NCBI GenBank assembly: GCA_041661265.1
Contig: JBAZUT010000009.1
Coordinates: forward strand, 1 to 62,448
DNA: 62,448 nucleotides
Direction: 5' to 3'
DNA from: Minisyncoccota bacterium
Lineage (GTDB): Bacteria > Patescibacteriota > Minisyncoccia > JAHIHE01 > JAGLIN01
Positions within the stretch are counted from its first letter, which is position 1; each line of letters starts with the position of its first letter. The notes under the pieces were generated by a model, which made no database searches, was not told the DNA's origin, and worked only from the letters and a program-made list of their open reading frames with translations. Positions 53,982 through 62,448 of the stretch are shown in pieces. The position numbers were made by a program, and so were the translations under genes.

Positions 53982-55592
53982 ATGATAAAAAGACTGATAA
54001 ACGGAAAAGCGAGCTCGATCACATCGGCTGCGCTTATTCTTGCGATCTCGTCCCTTGCCAGCAAAGTGCTGGGACTCTATCGCGACAGGACTCTTCTCGG
54101 TTCATTCGGGCTTGGGAATGAATTGGACGTATATTATGCCGCATTCAGGATCCCCGATTTCATATTCAACATAATAGTTCTCGGAGCTCTCTCTGCAGGT
54201 TTCATTCCGGTTTTCTCCAGACTCATTCATGATAACAAAGAAAAGGAAGCGATCAGAACCGCCAATGCGGTACTGAATCTTCTTTTCGTTTTTATCCTGT
54301 TTTTTTGCGTCTTTGGAATAATTTTCGCGTCCAATCTGACCGACTTTATCACACCCGGATTCACAGATGAGAATAAGCTTCTTGCGACGAATCTCACAAA
54401 GATCATGTTCCTTTCGCCGATATTCCTGCTTCTCAGCGGGATAATCGGAGGAATATTGCAATCACACAAAAGGTTTTTCATCTATTCTCTTTCGCCCATC
54501 ATGTACAATGTCGGCATTATCATCGGCGCTCTTTATTTTTCCAGATGGTGGGGACTTAGCGGCTTGGCCTGGGGAGTTGTCCTGGGTTCCGCCATGCATT
54601 TTTTCATCCAGCTCCCCATGGTGTACAAGCTCGGCTATTCCTATGAAGCGATCCTGGATATCCAAGACAGAGGAGTGCGCACGATAATAAAAATGATGAT
54701 CCCCAGAACGCTTACGCTTGTGACCTCACAACTGAATCTCGTTATCATAACGATCATTGCGACGACGCTTCCCGCCGGAAGCCTGACGGCTTTCAATATT
54801 GCGAACAACCTCCAGAGTTTTCCTCTGAGCCTGTTTGCGATCTCTTTTGCGATTGCCGCCTTTCCGACCCTGTCCGCACTCAGCGGAGAAAAAGACAGAA
54901 ATGAATTCGCCAGAAGCCTTACGGTAACGACCAAACAGATCCTCTTTTTCGTGATCCCGATCAGCATATTTTTTGTGGCGCTCCGAGCGCAGATCGTGCG
55001 AACCATACTTGGAACGGGAAAAGTCGGATGGGAAGAAACGGCGCTTCTCGTGGATTCGCTTGCGATATTCTCATTCAGTCTTTTTGCGCAAAGCGTCATC
55101 CCGCTGTTCTCAAGAGCATTTTGGGCGCTTCATGACGCAAAAACTCCGTTCTACATTTCCTTCATGTCAGTCATTGTGAATATAATCCTTTCTGTGGCGC
55201 TCTCCAACAAATATGGCGCCCTTGGACTGATCGCATCTTTTTCCATATCTTCCGCCTTCAACGCCATAATGCTTTATTATTTCATAAACAAAAAGACCGG
55301 ATTTATCTGCCATGGCAGAATATTGATCCCTCTCATAAAGATATCCCTCGCTTCTGTTATTGCAGGCCTCATATCGCACTTTTCCCTTTATGCCATAGAA
55401 CCGCTTCTCGACACCCATACCGGGATCGGAATATTGATACAAGGGCTGTTCGCCGGAACCCTTGGCGCGGCAACCTATTGCATTTTTTGCTGGAAGCTTG
55501 AGATAGAAGAATTTATGATCCTGAAAGACTCACTGAAAAGAAAGCTGCTTGGTGCGAAGATCACAACATCCGAAATAGTCACGGAAGAGTGA
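53982..55592 (+). CDS. murJ: lipid II flippase MurJ/MviN
   Basis: 536 aa with ~14 TM helices. N-terminal ..SRVLGLxRD-like LGLYRDRTLLGSFG, and the overall MviN layout. Confidence 0.85.
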   Translation: MIKRLINGKASSITSAALILAISSLASKVLGLYRDRTLLGSFGLGNELDVYYAAFRIPDFIFNIIVLGALSAGFIPVFSRLIHDNKEKEAIRTANAVLNLLFVFILFFCVFGIIFASNLTDFITPGFTDENKLLATNLTKIMFLSPIFLLLSGIIGGILQSHKRFFIYSLSPIMYNVGIIIGALYFSRWWGLSGLAWGVVLGSAMHFFIQLPMVYKLGYSYEAILDIQDRGVRTIIKMMIPRTLTLVTSQLNLVIITIIATTLPAGSLTAFNIANNLQSFPLSLFAISFAIAAFPTLSALSGEKDRNEFARSLTVTTKQILFFVIPISIFFVALRAQIVRTILGTGKVGWEETALLVDSLAIFSFSLFAQSVIPLFSRAFWALHDAKTPFYISFMSVIVNIILSVALSNKYGALGLIASFSISSAFNAIMLYYFINKKTGFICHGRILIPLIKISLASVIAGLISHFSLYAIEPLLDTHTGIGILIQGLFAGTLGAATYCIFCWKLEIEEFMILKDSLKRKLLGAKITTSEIVTEE

Positions 55593-55664
55593 TTGACAGC
55601 TTCGTTTTTTTCTGATAACATCTGTTATTACGGAATACTGAATCTATACAAGGAGGAAAAAACA

Positions 55665-55898
55665 GTGAAAATTACAGTTGTAACGGACGACGGCAGGGAA
55701 CATGAGACGGAAATCTCGCCGGAACTGATGTGCCATTCGGATATATCGAATGCCATGAAGAATAATATAAATCCGGCAGATGCACTGATTGAGCTCGCCG
55801 GAGCAGGATCGAAAGCGTTGAGGGGAAATAAAATAAAACCCGAAGGGAATGACATCCTTATGGCACTTCTCTCTTGCGACCAAGAACCATTGGCTTAA
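55665..55898 (+). CDS. small hypothetical protein (77 aa)
   Basis: AAGGAGG RBS 8 nt before the GTG at 55665. The track start at 55593 directly abuts the murJ stop and has no RBS. Confidence 0.5.
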   Translation: MKITVVTDDGREHETEISPELMCHSDISNAMKNNINPADALIELAGAGSKALRGNKIKPEGNDILMALLSCDQEPLA

Positions 55899-55972
55899 CC
55901 GATGGTATTTTTTTATTAAAAAAACGCCACGATCTATCTGACGTATTATTGCACCGATAATTTTTAATAAAA

Positions 55973-57079
55973 TTATACTTTAATGTCCGTGATCTCCAGA
56001 TTTCTCGTATGCCAGTTCAGCACAGCAGTCTTCTTGATCATAAGCTTCCGCATATCCGGATGCACTTTGACAATGACCTCCGATGCATAATGACTCAAAA
56101 AATCAGACTTCAATTCAGCCCTTGCTTTGTCCACCCCGATCTCGTCATAAGGCGCGGAAACAAGAAGTAAAAATCCGTCTTTCGGGATCATCCCCTTGTC
56201 CATATTGGATTTGATTATGCTGACCGCGCTCGCGATCGGCCCGCTAAGATCCGGACTATATGGACCGATGATCAGCGCCATATTCGGAATGTGCAAGAAG
56301 TCGAATCCCCGTCCGATGCATATGATCCATTCTCTGTGAACCGTATCAAGATCCAAATTCCGATGTAGGGCTCTGACCTCGGTTATGTGTTCGATGTTCC
56401 CCTCGACCAGCGGAACCAGGTCCAGCAACACGCGCTCCGGCATATCCGGATATACCGCCCTCAGTTTATTCACCCAGTATTCCCTGGACAATTCTTTGCT
56501 TTCGGCCAAATTCAATATTTCCTTATTCTCCCCGTGAAGTATCATCGCATCTTCATCTGTCTCAAAACCGCAGATAATGGGATATACGGTCTGATGATCG
56601 TGTCCGAAAATATACTCGATCTGTTTTTTTATTCCGGCAACATATTCCTTTGCCTTTTCCGTGTCATGATCAAATCCGGCGCATCCTCGCTTCTTCTCGC
56701 TTTTGGAATAATGATAAGTGATCAGAAGCAAAACGCGCTGTGATGATTCGATCGCCTGATTTACTGTGTTATACAGAACCTCGCCAAGATAGGGCCAGCC
56801 GAGATCAAACATCCCTCCGAAATTCCTGAACGGCTTGATTATGCCAAGAGGAGTCTTGGTGGCAAATGGGATGTGAATGCGCCCGTCCATGCACTTGAGA
56901 ACGATCACCATCGTCGGATGCTTGAATGTGTATCTTTTTCTCGCCAAATACGCCTCCGGCGTACAATATATCTCGGAGTGCCTCTTGGAAAGATCGATCA
57001 GCCAATCGATCCTTTCCTGGATCGGCAAATTGGTTATATTCGCTTCTCTGGCGTTAATATATTTATTGATCTCTTTCAT
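55973..57079 (-). CDS. hypothetical protein with beta-carbonic-anhydrase-like CxDxR motif
   Basis: KCMDGRIH and, downstream, YHYSKSEKKRGCAGF (H..C). Confidence 0.5.
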   Translation of the reverse strand: MKEINKYINAREANITNLPIQERIDWLIDLSKRHSEIYCTPEAYLARKRYTFKHPTMVIVLKCMDGRIHIPFATKTPLGIIKPFRNFGGMFDLGWPYLGEVLYNTVNQAIESSQRVLLLITYHYSKSEKKRGCAGFDHDTEKAKEYVAGIKKQIEYIFGHDHQTVYPIICGFETDEDAMILHGENKEILNLAESKELSREYWVNKLRAVYPDMPERVLLDLVPLVEGNIEHITEVRALHRNLDLDTVHREWIICIGRGFDFLHIPNMALIIGPYSPDLSGPIASAVSIIKSNMDKGMIPKDGFLLLVSAPYDEIGVDKARAELKSDFLSHYASEVIVKVHPDMRKLMIKKTAVLNWHTRNLEITDIKV

Positions 57080-57242
57080 ATTGCTAAGATAAACACTGAA
57101 TTTATGCTGAAAGAAAGCGCGAATATTGAAACAAACCTTAAAATCAATTTATACCCGCATTATATAAAATATTATTAAATTTAGCAATAAAAAAAAGGAG
57201 CTCAGTTCCTTTGTTTGGAATGTGTTGCTCCATTTAAATTGT

Positions 57243-58475
57243 TTACATTTCTGAATAAGGTGTTTTTTTACCATCCTCTACACAGAGACCGAGTTCCGAA
57301 AGGAATCGCTCTATTGTTTCCCATTCTCCCTCGTCTTCCGGCATGACTTCAATGAAATTGCCGAGTCCCCTGGTTTCGCCATTTTTTGACAATATGACAT
57401 CAAAATCCACGGCGAACAACAATCCTTCCCATCTGTACATTCTTCTTTCTTTGCTAATTGCAACCACTGGGCCTTCGAGCAAAGTCAGCAAGCTTTTTTC
57501 CGCTTCTGGCGTAATTTCGAATTCATGCTTGAACTTTCTTCGGAGAATTCTTCCTTTCTCCTTTATCTCAGGACCTTTATAAGTGAATATCTTGCAGACA
57601 TTGCTTTCAGTCCTGATTCTCAATATCTCGTCTGTTCTGCTCAAGTCCCTTCCTCTTATATTGAAATAGTGGTCTTCCTGCGTCGCGACAGATTTTCTTT
57701 CCATCCGCTTTTTTGTAAGAATATTCAGGACCTTTCCTTTCTCACCGATGATTCGGAACTTAAGCTGATTCTCGGATAACCCGGTACCTGGTGCTTCAAT
57801 CTCGGGATCGTAGGCATTGTTTATTATAATATCTGCGTTCGCCTTAGTCGGTTCAATGTATTTAATGTGCATCGGCTCCACTACGCTCGCAAAATAGCCG
57901 ACGATCTGAGATGAATCCATTTCCGTCCTATCAAGATCCCTGAGCATTCTTCGAATCATTCTGTCGAAAGTCTCTGCATGAACAAATATCTTGAGATCGC
58001 CTTTATTTTGGAGAAGACCATATAATCCTTCCACGATAATAATATCAGCGGGTTTCATTTCTCCGACAATGGCTGGCGGATTACCGTCAAATCTGTATTG
58101 GTATTTGGGTACCGGCATTCCTCTTGCCAGCGCTTCGGTCAGCTCTTCACTTAACTTAATGTCTACAGCTTCCGGCTGATCCCAATTCAAGATATTTCCC
58201 TTGGCTCTTTCGGATTCCATAAAGGCATTTCCCTTATACAAGTCATCCTGACTGAACTTTATAACTCTCTCCGGATATGCTTCCTCGATTCTTTTGGTCA
58301 CGACTTTCGTCTTTCCCGTCGAAGATCCCGCACCTACAAGTATTACCATCCGTTTATCGGGATTGTCTTCGAAGAATTTTTCAATGCATCTTCTTATTTC
58401 CAGTATCCCTTGTCTAAGGTTATATTCTGGTATATCTTTCGTTCTATTCATATTATCCTCTCCTTTTCTTTCCAT
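57243..58475 (-). CDS. uridine-kinase/PRK-family P-loop kinase fused to a CYTH domain
   Basis: Walker A GAGSSTGKT and IIIVEGLYGL. C-terminal EDHYFN..LRIRTE..FTYKGP..KHEFEI. Confidence 0.7.
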   Translation of the reverse strand: MERKGEDNMNRTKDIPEYNLRQGILEIRRCIEKFFEDNPDKRMVILVGAGSSTGKTKVVTKRIEEAYPERVIKFSQDDLYKGNAFMESERAKGNILNWDQPEAVDIKLSEELTEALARGMPVPKYQYRFDGNPPAIVGEMKPADIIIVEGLYGLLQNKGDLKIFVHAETFDRMIRRMLRDLDRTEMDSSQIVGYFASVVEPMHIKYIEPTKANADIIINNAYDPEIEAPGTGLSENQLKFRIIGEKGKVLNILTKKRMERKSVATQEDHYFNIRGRDLSRTDEILRIRTESNVCKIFTYKGPEIKEKGRILRRKFKHEFEITPEAEKSLLTLLEGPVVAISKERRMYRWEGLLFAVDFDVILSKNGETRGLGNFIEVMPEDEGEWETIERFLSELGLCVEDGKKTPYSEM

Positions 58476-58477
58476 TT

Positions 58478-59017
58478 CTATTTTTTCTTCGGAAAACCGT
58501 TTACTGCAATTACTGCATTGCTATATTCCGGCCTTCCCGTCACTTCTTCCCCGATCCACAGCGGAAGCTTCAGGTCGATGATTTGATCCCCGTTCTTTCT
58601 TTCAATTTCGGCAACGATGTTCTTGCTCAATAGGGAAGCTTTCGGATCGTAATCATACACATCGACTTCGACGACAACTCCGACTTCCAGCTCTACCAGG
58701 AATCTTTCTTTGGAGATTCTTTCATAATCAGCCCCATAAAGCATCCTATAGAACATTTCATTCGGAATTTCGATCTCATTTTCAAACCTCTTGGATATAT
58801 CTCCATCTTCGGTCTTTTTCTTCATCGTGAGGAAATACTTCGCATCAGTTTTACTCACTTGCGAGCGAATCCTTATTTCAACTGAATCGCCAGGCTTTGT
58901 GAAATAATATTGCACAATCTGGAAATGAGTGTTCTCGATGAAATTTGGCGGAAGAAGTCTCGGCTTCACCAAAAATTTTCTTTCTTCTTCAATTTTCAAT
59001 GTGCTTTTGTTTGTCAT
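58478..59017 (-). CDS. CYTH-domain (triphosphate tunnel metalloenzyme) protein
   Basis: N-terminal LKIEEERKFLV (ExExK). 179 aa. The stop lies 2 nt before the next ATG. Confidence 0.7.
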   Translation of the reverse strand: MTNKSTLKIEEERKFLVKPRLLPPNFIENTHFQIVQYYFTKPGDSVEIRIRSQVSKTDAKYFLTMKKKTEDGDISKRFENEIEIPNEMFYRMLYGADYERISKERFLVELEVGVVVEVDVYDYDPKASLLSKNIVAEIERKNGDQIIDLKLPLWIGEEVTGRPEYSNAVIAVNGFPKKK

Positions 59018-59239
59018 ATTTTCCCTCTCTAATATTTGTTTCTACCGTCACGGATATTATCTTCACTTGATTACAGGAGATTGGTATGTTTATTCTTGTG
59101 ATACTAAGCCAAAACCCTGTATTAATGAACATAAAAGCGGACCCTACACTATAGCATATTATTGAATATATAGCAAGGACCTAACCACTTCTTCTGCCTG
59201 GCAAGAACTGTACTAATATAATTTACTGAAGCTACAAAG

Positions 59240-59267
59240 TTGACAATCCTTTAATATAGTGTATAAT
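59240..59267 (+). promoter_or_regulatory. near-consensus promoter with extended -10, no adjacent ORF
   Basis: TTGACA (59240-45), 16-nt spacer, TGTATAAT (-10 at 59262-67). Confidence 0.6.
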
Positions 59268-59581
59268 GTTCTTGTTATCAATAAACAACCAGAAATGTTA
59301 AGTCTAGACAGAAAATATATGCATTGGGTGATCGCCTCAACAAAAGGCGGGTTTTTGGCTGTTCTTGATTTAAATTGATAAACTGCAATATCATTTAGAC
59401 AGGAAGAAACAGCCAAAGAAAGGGCTGGTTTTTTTAAACATTTAACGGATAAGATGCAAAATAGTACGAATAAAATCATCGTGTGGCTATCAAGACATAT
59501 GACAGGTAAATCTGCCTATGTTGATTTTATGCGTACTGTTTTTTATCTGAAATGACCTCATAAATACGATTTCCGATAAAC

Positions 59582-59619
59582 AATAGTCCGCATAAACAAA
59601 GCGGACTATTGTTCTTTTT
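59582..59619 (+). terminator. strong intrinsic terminator
   Basis: AATAGTCCGC-ataaacaaa-GCGGACTATT followed by GTTCTTTTT. Confidence 0.75.
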
Positions 59620-59661
59620 AATTGCGTATAGAGAAACATTCAAATACAAAATCAAAATGAG

Positions 59662-60078
59662 GTGACAAATATGGGTGAAACTGAAACTGAGAAAATGATC
59701 GATAACAAAACCGATCTTATCATAAAAGTACTGATGAATAACGACTTCAAGGGCGTTCTCCTGATGGATCTGGAGGGATATGATGATAAAAATAACTACA
59801 TACTCCCGGAGAAAACCACTGAAAAGATCATGAAACAAGAACTTGAGTATGCCATGGATCTGATCACTGAAGTAAGAAAACTTGCGATGGATCTGAATAA
59901 CCTGGACCTGCAAGCTGAAACGTTCGAAGCGATGTTCGAACTCGAACAGGATTGGATCAAGGTCTATAACGGCATTGAAACCGACAATAGAGGCGCTGAT
60001 GCCCGAAAAGCACAATACCCCGTTGAACTGATAGCGGTCGCTAGCGGAGGAATGGAAAATGTGCTCGACTGGACATAA
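59662..60078 (+). CDS. hypothetical acidic protein
   Basis: TGAGGTGA RBS. Preferred over the overlapping antisense ORF 59527..60108, which has no RBS and is low-complexity. Confidence 0.55.
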   Translation: MTNMGETETEKMIDNKTDLIIKVLMNNDFKGVLLMDLEGYDDKNNYILPEKTTEKIMKQELEYAMDLITEVRKLAMDLNNLDLQAETFEAMFELEQDWIKVYNGIETDNRGADARKAQYPVELIAVASGGMENVLDWT

Positions 60079-60237
60079 GCGAAAACACGGCAAACAAACA
60101 AAAACCAAATACGCAATTAAAAGAATAAAAAAGGGCCTGAGAGGATAGAATAATTCCGAACAGGCCTTATTTTTTTATGCCGGAACCTTCCTGCAGTGAA
60201 ACCTGGTTCAAATAAAAAAGGCAGGTATTCCTGTCTT

Positions 60238-61218
60238 TTACTTGTGATTCTTTTTTCTTTTCAAAAGCAGTGCTTCAATGGATTTTTCCAGAACCTCTTC
60301 GCTCCTCCAGTTCAGCGGATCCAAAAGCTTTGAAAGCTCTTCAATGATCTTGGGATCATTGCTGTTAGCGGCGATCACGATCGCCACCTCTGAATAGCGG
60401 TCCAGCTCGCTTTTCGGTTCATTGTTTCTTATTGCATCCAATATGACTGACGCGGCCTTTTCTATGTCGCGCGCTTCCCGGCTTGCGTAATATATTCCGA
60501 CGTATGCCCATGCTCTGTAAAAATTTCCCCACCAAAGGGATTGCATTTTTTCAGCGATTTCCCGCGCCTTATCCAGATCTTTGCCGATGACATCAACCAG
60601 GATCTCAAGCAGCGTATCCGAATCCTGGCCGGCTAAAGCATACTCAACAGCCGTTTCCAGATCGCCATTTTTCATTGCCGCTTTTGCGATCCGGCCAAGA
60701 TTTGAAGTGTCATACTCGGAGTTCTTTGCCAGAACTTCCGCCCAAATATATATCCGCTCTTGAGCAAGGATACATATCAGTTTTTCGATATAGCCATTGC
60801 GATCGAATCCCTCGGGCACTTCATCTCTTATGAATCTTTCAATGTTTCTCAGATCCTCAAGATCTCTGCTTTCCTTGGCGATAGAAAGCATCGCCTCGGC
60901 TGCCTTGTTCTTGTCCAGGATCACTGCGGCCGCTTCCCGTGCCAGTTCAAATTCTCCGATCAATGAAAGCGATCCGACCAGTCCCTTGATCTTATAGTCA
61001 CCGACATCTTCTCTTTCATCCCGCTTTGACGAGATCGCACTCCGGACGATCTCTGCGATCCTGCCATTATTGCCTTTGATCTTCGCCGCATAGACCTGCA
61101 GGGTTATGCTTTCCGTAATTTTTTCCGCAACTCCTGCCAGACTGTTCAGAGACTTCTCGAAGAACTCATCTTTTGTATTTTTCTTAATATTGATCCCTCC
61201 TTGGAATATTTTTCTCAT
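60238..61218 (-). CDS. hypothetical all-helical repeat (HEAT/TPR-like) protein
   Basis: 326 aa with repeated ~35-aa helical segments by eye. Confidence 0.55.
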   Translation of the reverse strand: MRKIFQGGINIKKNTKDEFFEKSLNSLAGVAEKITESITLQVYAAKIKGNNGRIAEIVRSAISSKRDEREDVGDYKIKGLVGSLSLIGEFELAREAAAVILDKNKAAEAMLSIAKESRDLEDLRNIERFIRDEVPEGFDRNGYIEKLICILAQERIYIWAEVLAKNSEYDTSNLGRIAKAAMKNGDLETAVEYALAGQDSDTLLEILVDVIGKDLDKAREIAEKMQSLWWGNFYRAWAYVGIYYASREARDIEKAASVILDAIRNNEPKSELDRYSEVAIVIAANSNDPKIIEELSKLLDPLNWRSEEVLEKSIEALLLKRKKNHK

Positions 61219-61374
61219 CCTAAATCAAAAATGCCCTGAAGTCAAACCCACATCCGCACTCGCGCAAGCTTTGCGCCGTCATCGCTGATCGGATATTGAC
61301 AAAACTGCTTTTTTTTGCTAGACTAAGCGGTTGCAACAAAAACAGTCATGTTGCATATTGGAGGTTCTTATACA

Positions 61375-61794
61375 ATGAACGATAAAAAAAATCAAAATGA
61401 AATAGCCATAGGATTTGTCGTTGGATTCTATTCGATCGTCATACTGACGACAATTCTTGCAGCAATATTTCATAAATATTCCTATGACGTGCGCATCGCA
61501 TATCTGATAGCTGGCTCTTCGTTCGGACTTTTGGTATCTTTCTATACCTGGCATATGATCCTGAACAGGAACAGATACAGCCAATCCAGACACACATTCT
61601 TTGCGCTGGTATGTTTTGGTTCCAGTATCGGAATAATGCCCTTGGCGATATATTCGCTATCGGAAACACCGCCGGATCTAATATGGATCATGTACGTATC
61701 TTCAATTTCCCTATTCGTTACGGCGGCTACCGCAGCTTTATCCATTGCATTCGGACATCCGAAAGATACAACTGCACCAGTCAATACAACATAA
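61375..61794 (+). CDS. hypothetical membrane protein
   Basis: TGGAGGT RBS before the ATG at 61375. Four TM helices. Confidence 0.6.
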   Translation: MNDKKNQNEIAIGFVVGFYSIVILTTILAAIFHKYSYDVRIAYLIAGSSFGLLVSFYTWHMILNRNRYSQSRHTFFALVCFGSSIGIMPLAIYSLSETPPDLIWIMYVSSISLFVTAATAALSIAFGHPKDTTAPVNTT

Positions 61795-61889
61795 GCATAT
61801 GCGATCCCGTATATGTTTTTTTCTTTTTAGGCACAATCTGGAATATAAAAAAACAGAAAGAAAGTTTTCTTCACTGTTGTATGCTTTTG

Positions 61890-62432
61890 TTATGTAACAA
61901 CGCTTCCTGGCCTGGGAATGTCCCCGGGACCGAAAATGTTACCCAATAGCAGATATCCTGCCATTGAGAAGAGCGCCCAAAGGAACACCATCAGCGAGAA
62001 CATTTTCACATCTAGCTCATGATATATGATATAGACCGATCCGCTTTTTTCCGAAATGGCACTTGCCCGCAATGGTTCGAACATGACATTATGTTTAACC
62101 GTAAAAATATTTTGGCTCTTGCTCGAAAGCACAACTTCTCCATTTTCCATTGCGTAAATTCTGATCGAATTTCCATCTGTGCGGAAGCTTTCTGGAGCCA
62201 CATATTTCAGTCCCGTGTCGATATTAATTCTTTCGACTGACACTGTGGGTCTGATATAACTATCGACCTCTACCGGTCCGGACTGTGACCATACATTGAA
62301 TTCAACGGGCTGTACAAGATAGCTCAGACCATAAATGGAAGCTGCAAAGATTCCCAAACAATATAGCATTCTAATTATGTTCCATCTCGGGTTATCCAAT
62401 TCTAAATAGTTTTTATCATATCTTCTTGCCAT
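61890..62432 (-). CDS. hypothetical membrane-anchored protein
   Basis: GGAG RBS before the ATG at 62432. Has an N-terminal TM and a C-terminal TM. Confidence 0.55.
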   Translation of the reverse strand: MARRYDKNYLELDNPRWNIIRMLYCLGIFAASIYGLSYLVQPVEFNVWSQSGPVEVDSYIRPTVSVERINIDTGLKYVAPESFRTDGNSIRIYAMENGEVVLSSKSQNIFTVKHNVMFEPLRASAISEKSGSVYIIYHELDVKMFSLMVFLWALFSMAGYLLLGNIFGPGDIPRPGSVVT

Positions 62433-62448
62433 GTTAAACAACTCCGAA

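Noticed and set aside
1-62448. CRISPR arrays, rRNA genes, transposases and integrases.
   Set aside because: I saw no regularly spaced direct repeats with unique spacers. The tandem repeats I found are only 14-17 nt tracts. I saw no rRNA-like conserved blocks and no ORF with DDE, tyrosine-recombinase or serine-recombinase motifs.

Overview
This is a 62.4-kb bacterial window. It has TTGACA/TATAAT-type promoters, AGGAGG-type ribosome-binding sites and hairpin+T-run terminators. It is AT-rich by eye and carries many small orphan proteins. That would fit an uncultivated small-genome (CPR-like) lineage, but this is inference only.

I can support about 65 CDS and 4 tRNAs: Ala-GGC, Arg-CCT, Ala-CGC and Pro-CGG. 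Only the Pro gene encodes CCA. Three GC-rich non-coding islands look like structured RNAs, and one carries RNase P RNA motifs. There are several palindromic/REP-like repeats and many intrinsic terminators.

Recognisable housekeeping genes:
- TrmH-like methyltransferase
- purD
- nth
- an IMPase-family protein
- a CCA-adding enzyme plus a much larger paralog
- murJ
- a PHP phosphoesterase
- a MacB/FtsX-type ABC pair
- a kinase-CYTH plus CYTH pair

The dominant feature is a ~16.5-kb block from 25.4 to 41.9 kb, entirely on the minus strand, devoted to copper and thiol-redox functions:
- It contains csoR-copA, a copZ-like gene, an HMA-membrane-2x cupredoxin protein, a second P1B-ATPase with a CPD motif, a YHS protein and a DUF411-CcdA fusion.
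- It also contains an uncharacterised six-gene Cys-motif module and a BlaI/BlaR1-like pair.
- One palindrome, TACTA-N7-TAGTA, recurs at three promoters in the block. This is my best candidate for an undescribed system.

A second notable region is a very AT-rich islet at 4.2-7.4 kb, wedged between the RNase P-like RNA and tRNA genes. It holds decayed HNH and RelE-like genes, a PD-(D/E)xK protein, a Panacea/DUF4065 protein and a LAGLIDADG-like ORF.

A third is a divergent ThiC-family / DUF362 / sugar-kinase-fold cluster at 50.2-53.8 kb.

No rRNA, CRISPR array, transposase or integrase was seen. All family assignments come from motif recognition by eye, not from searches.
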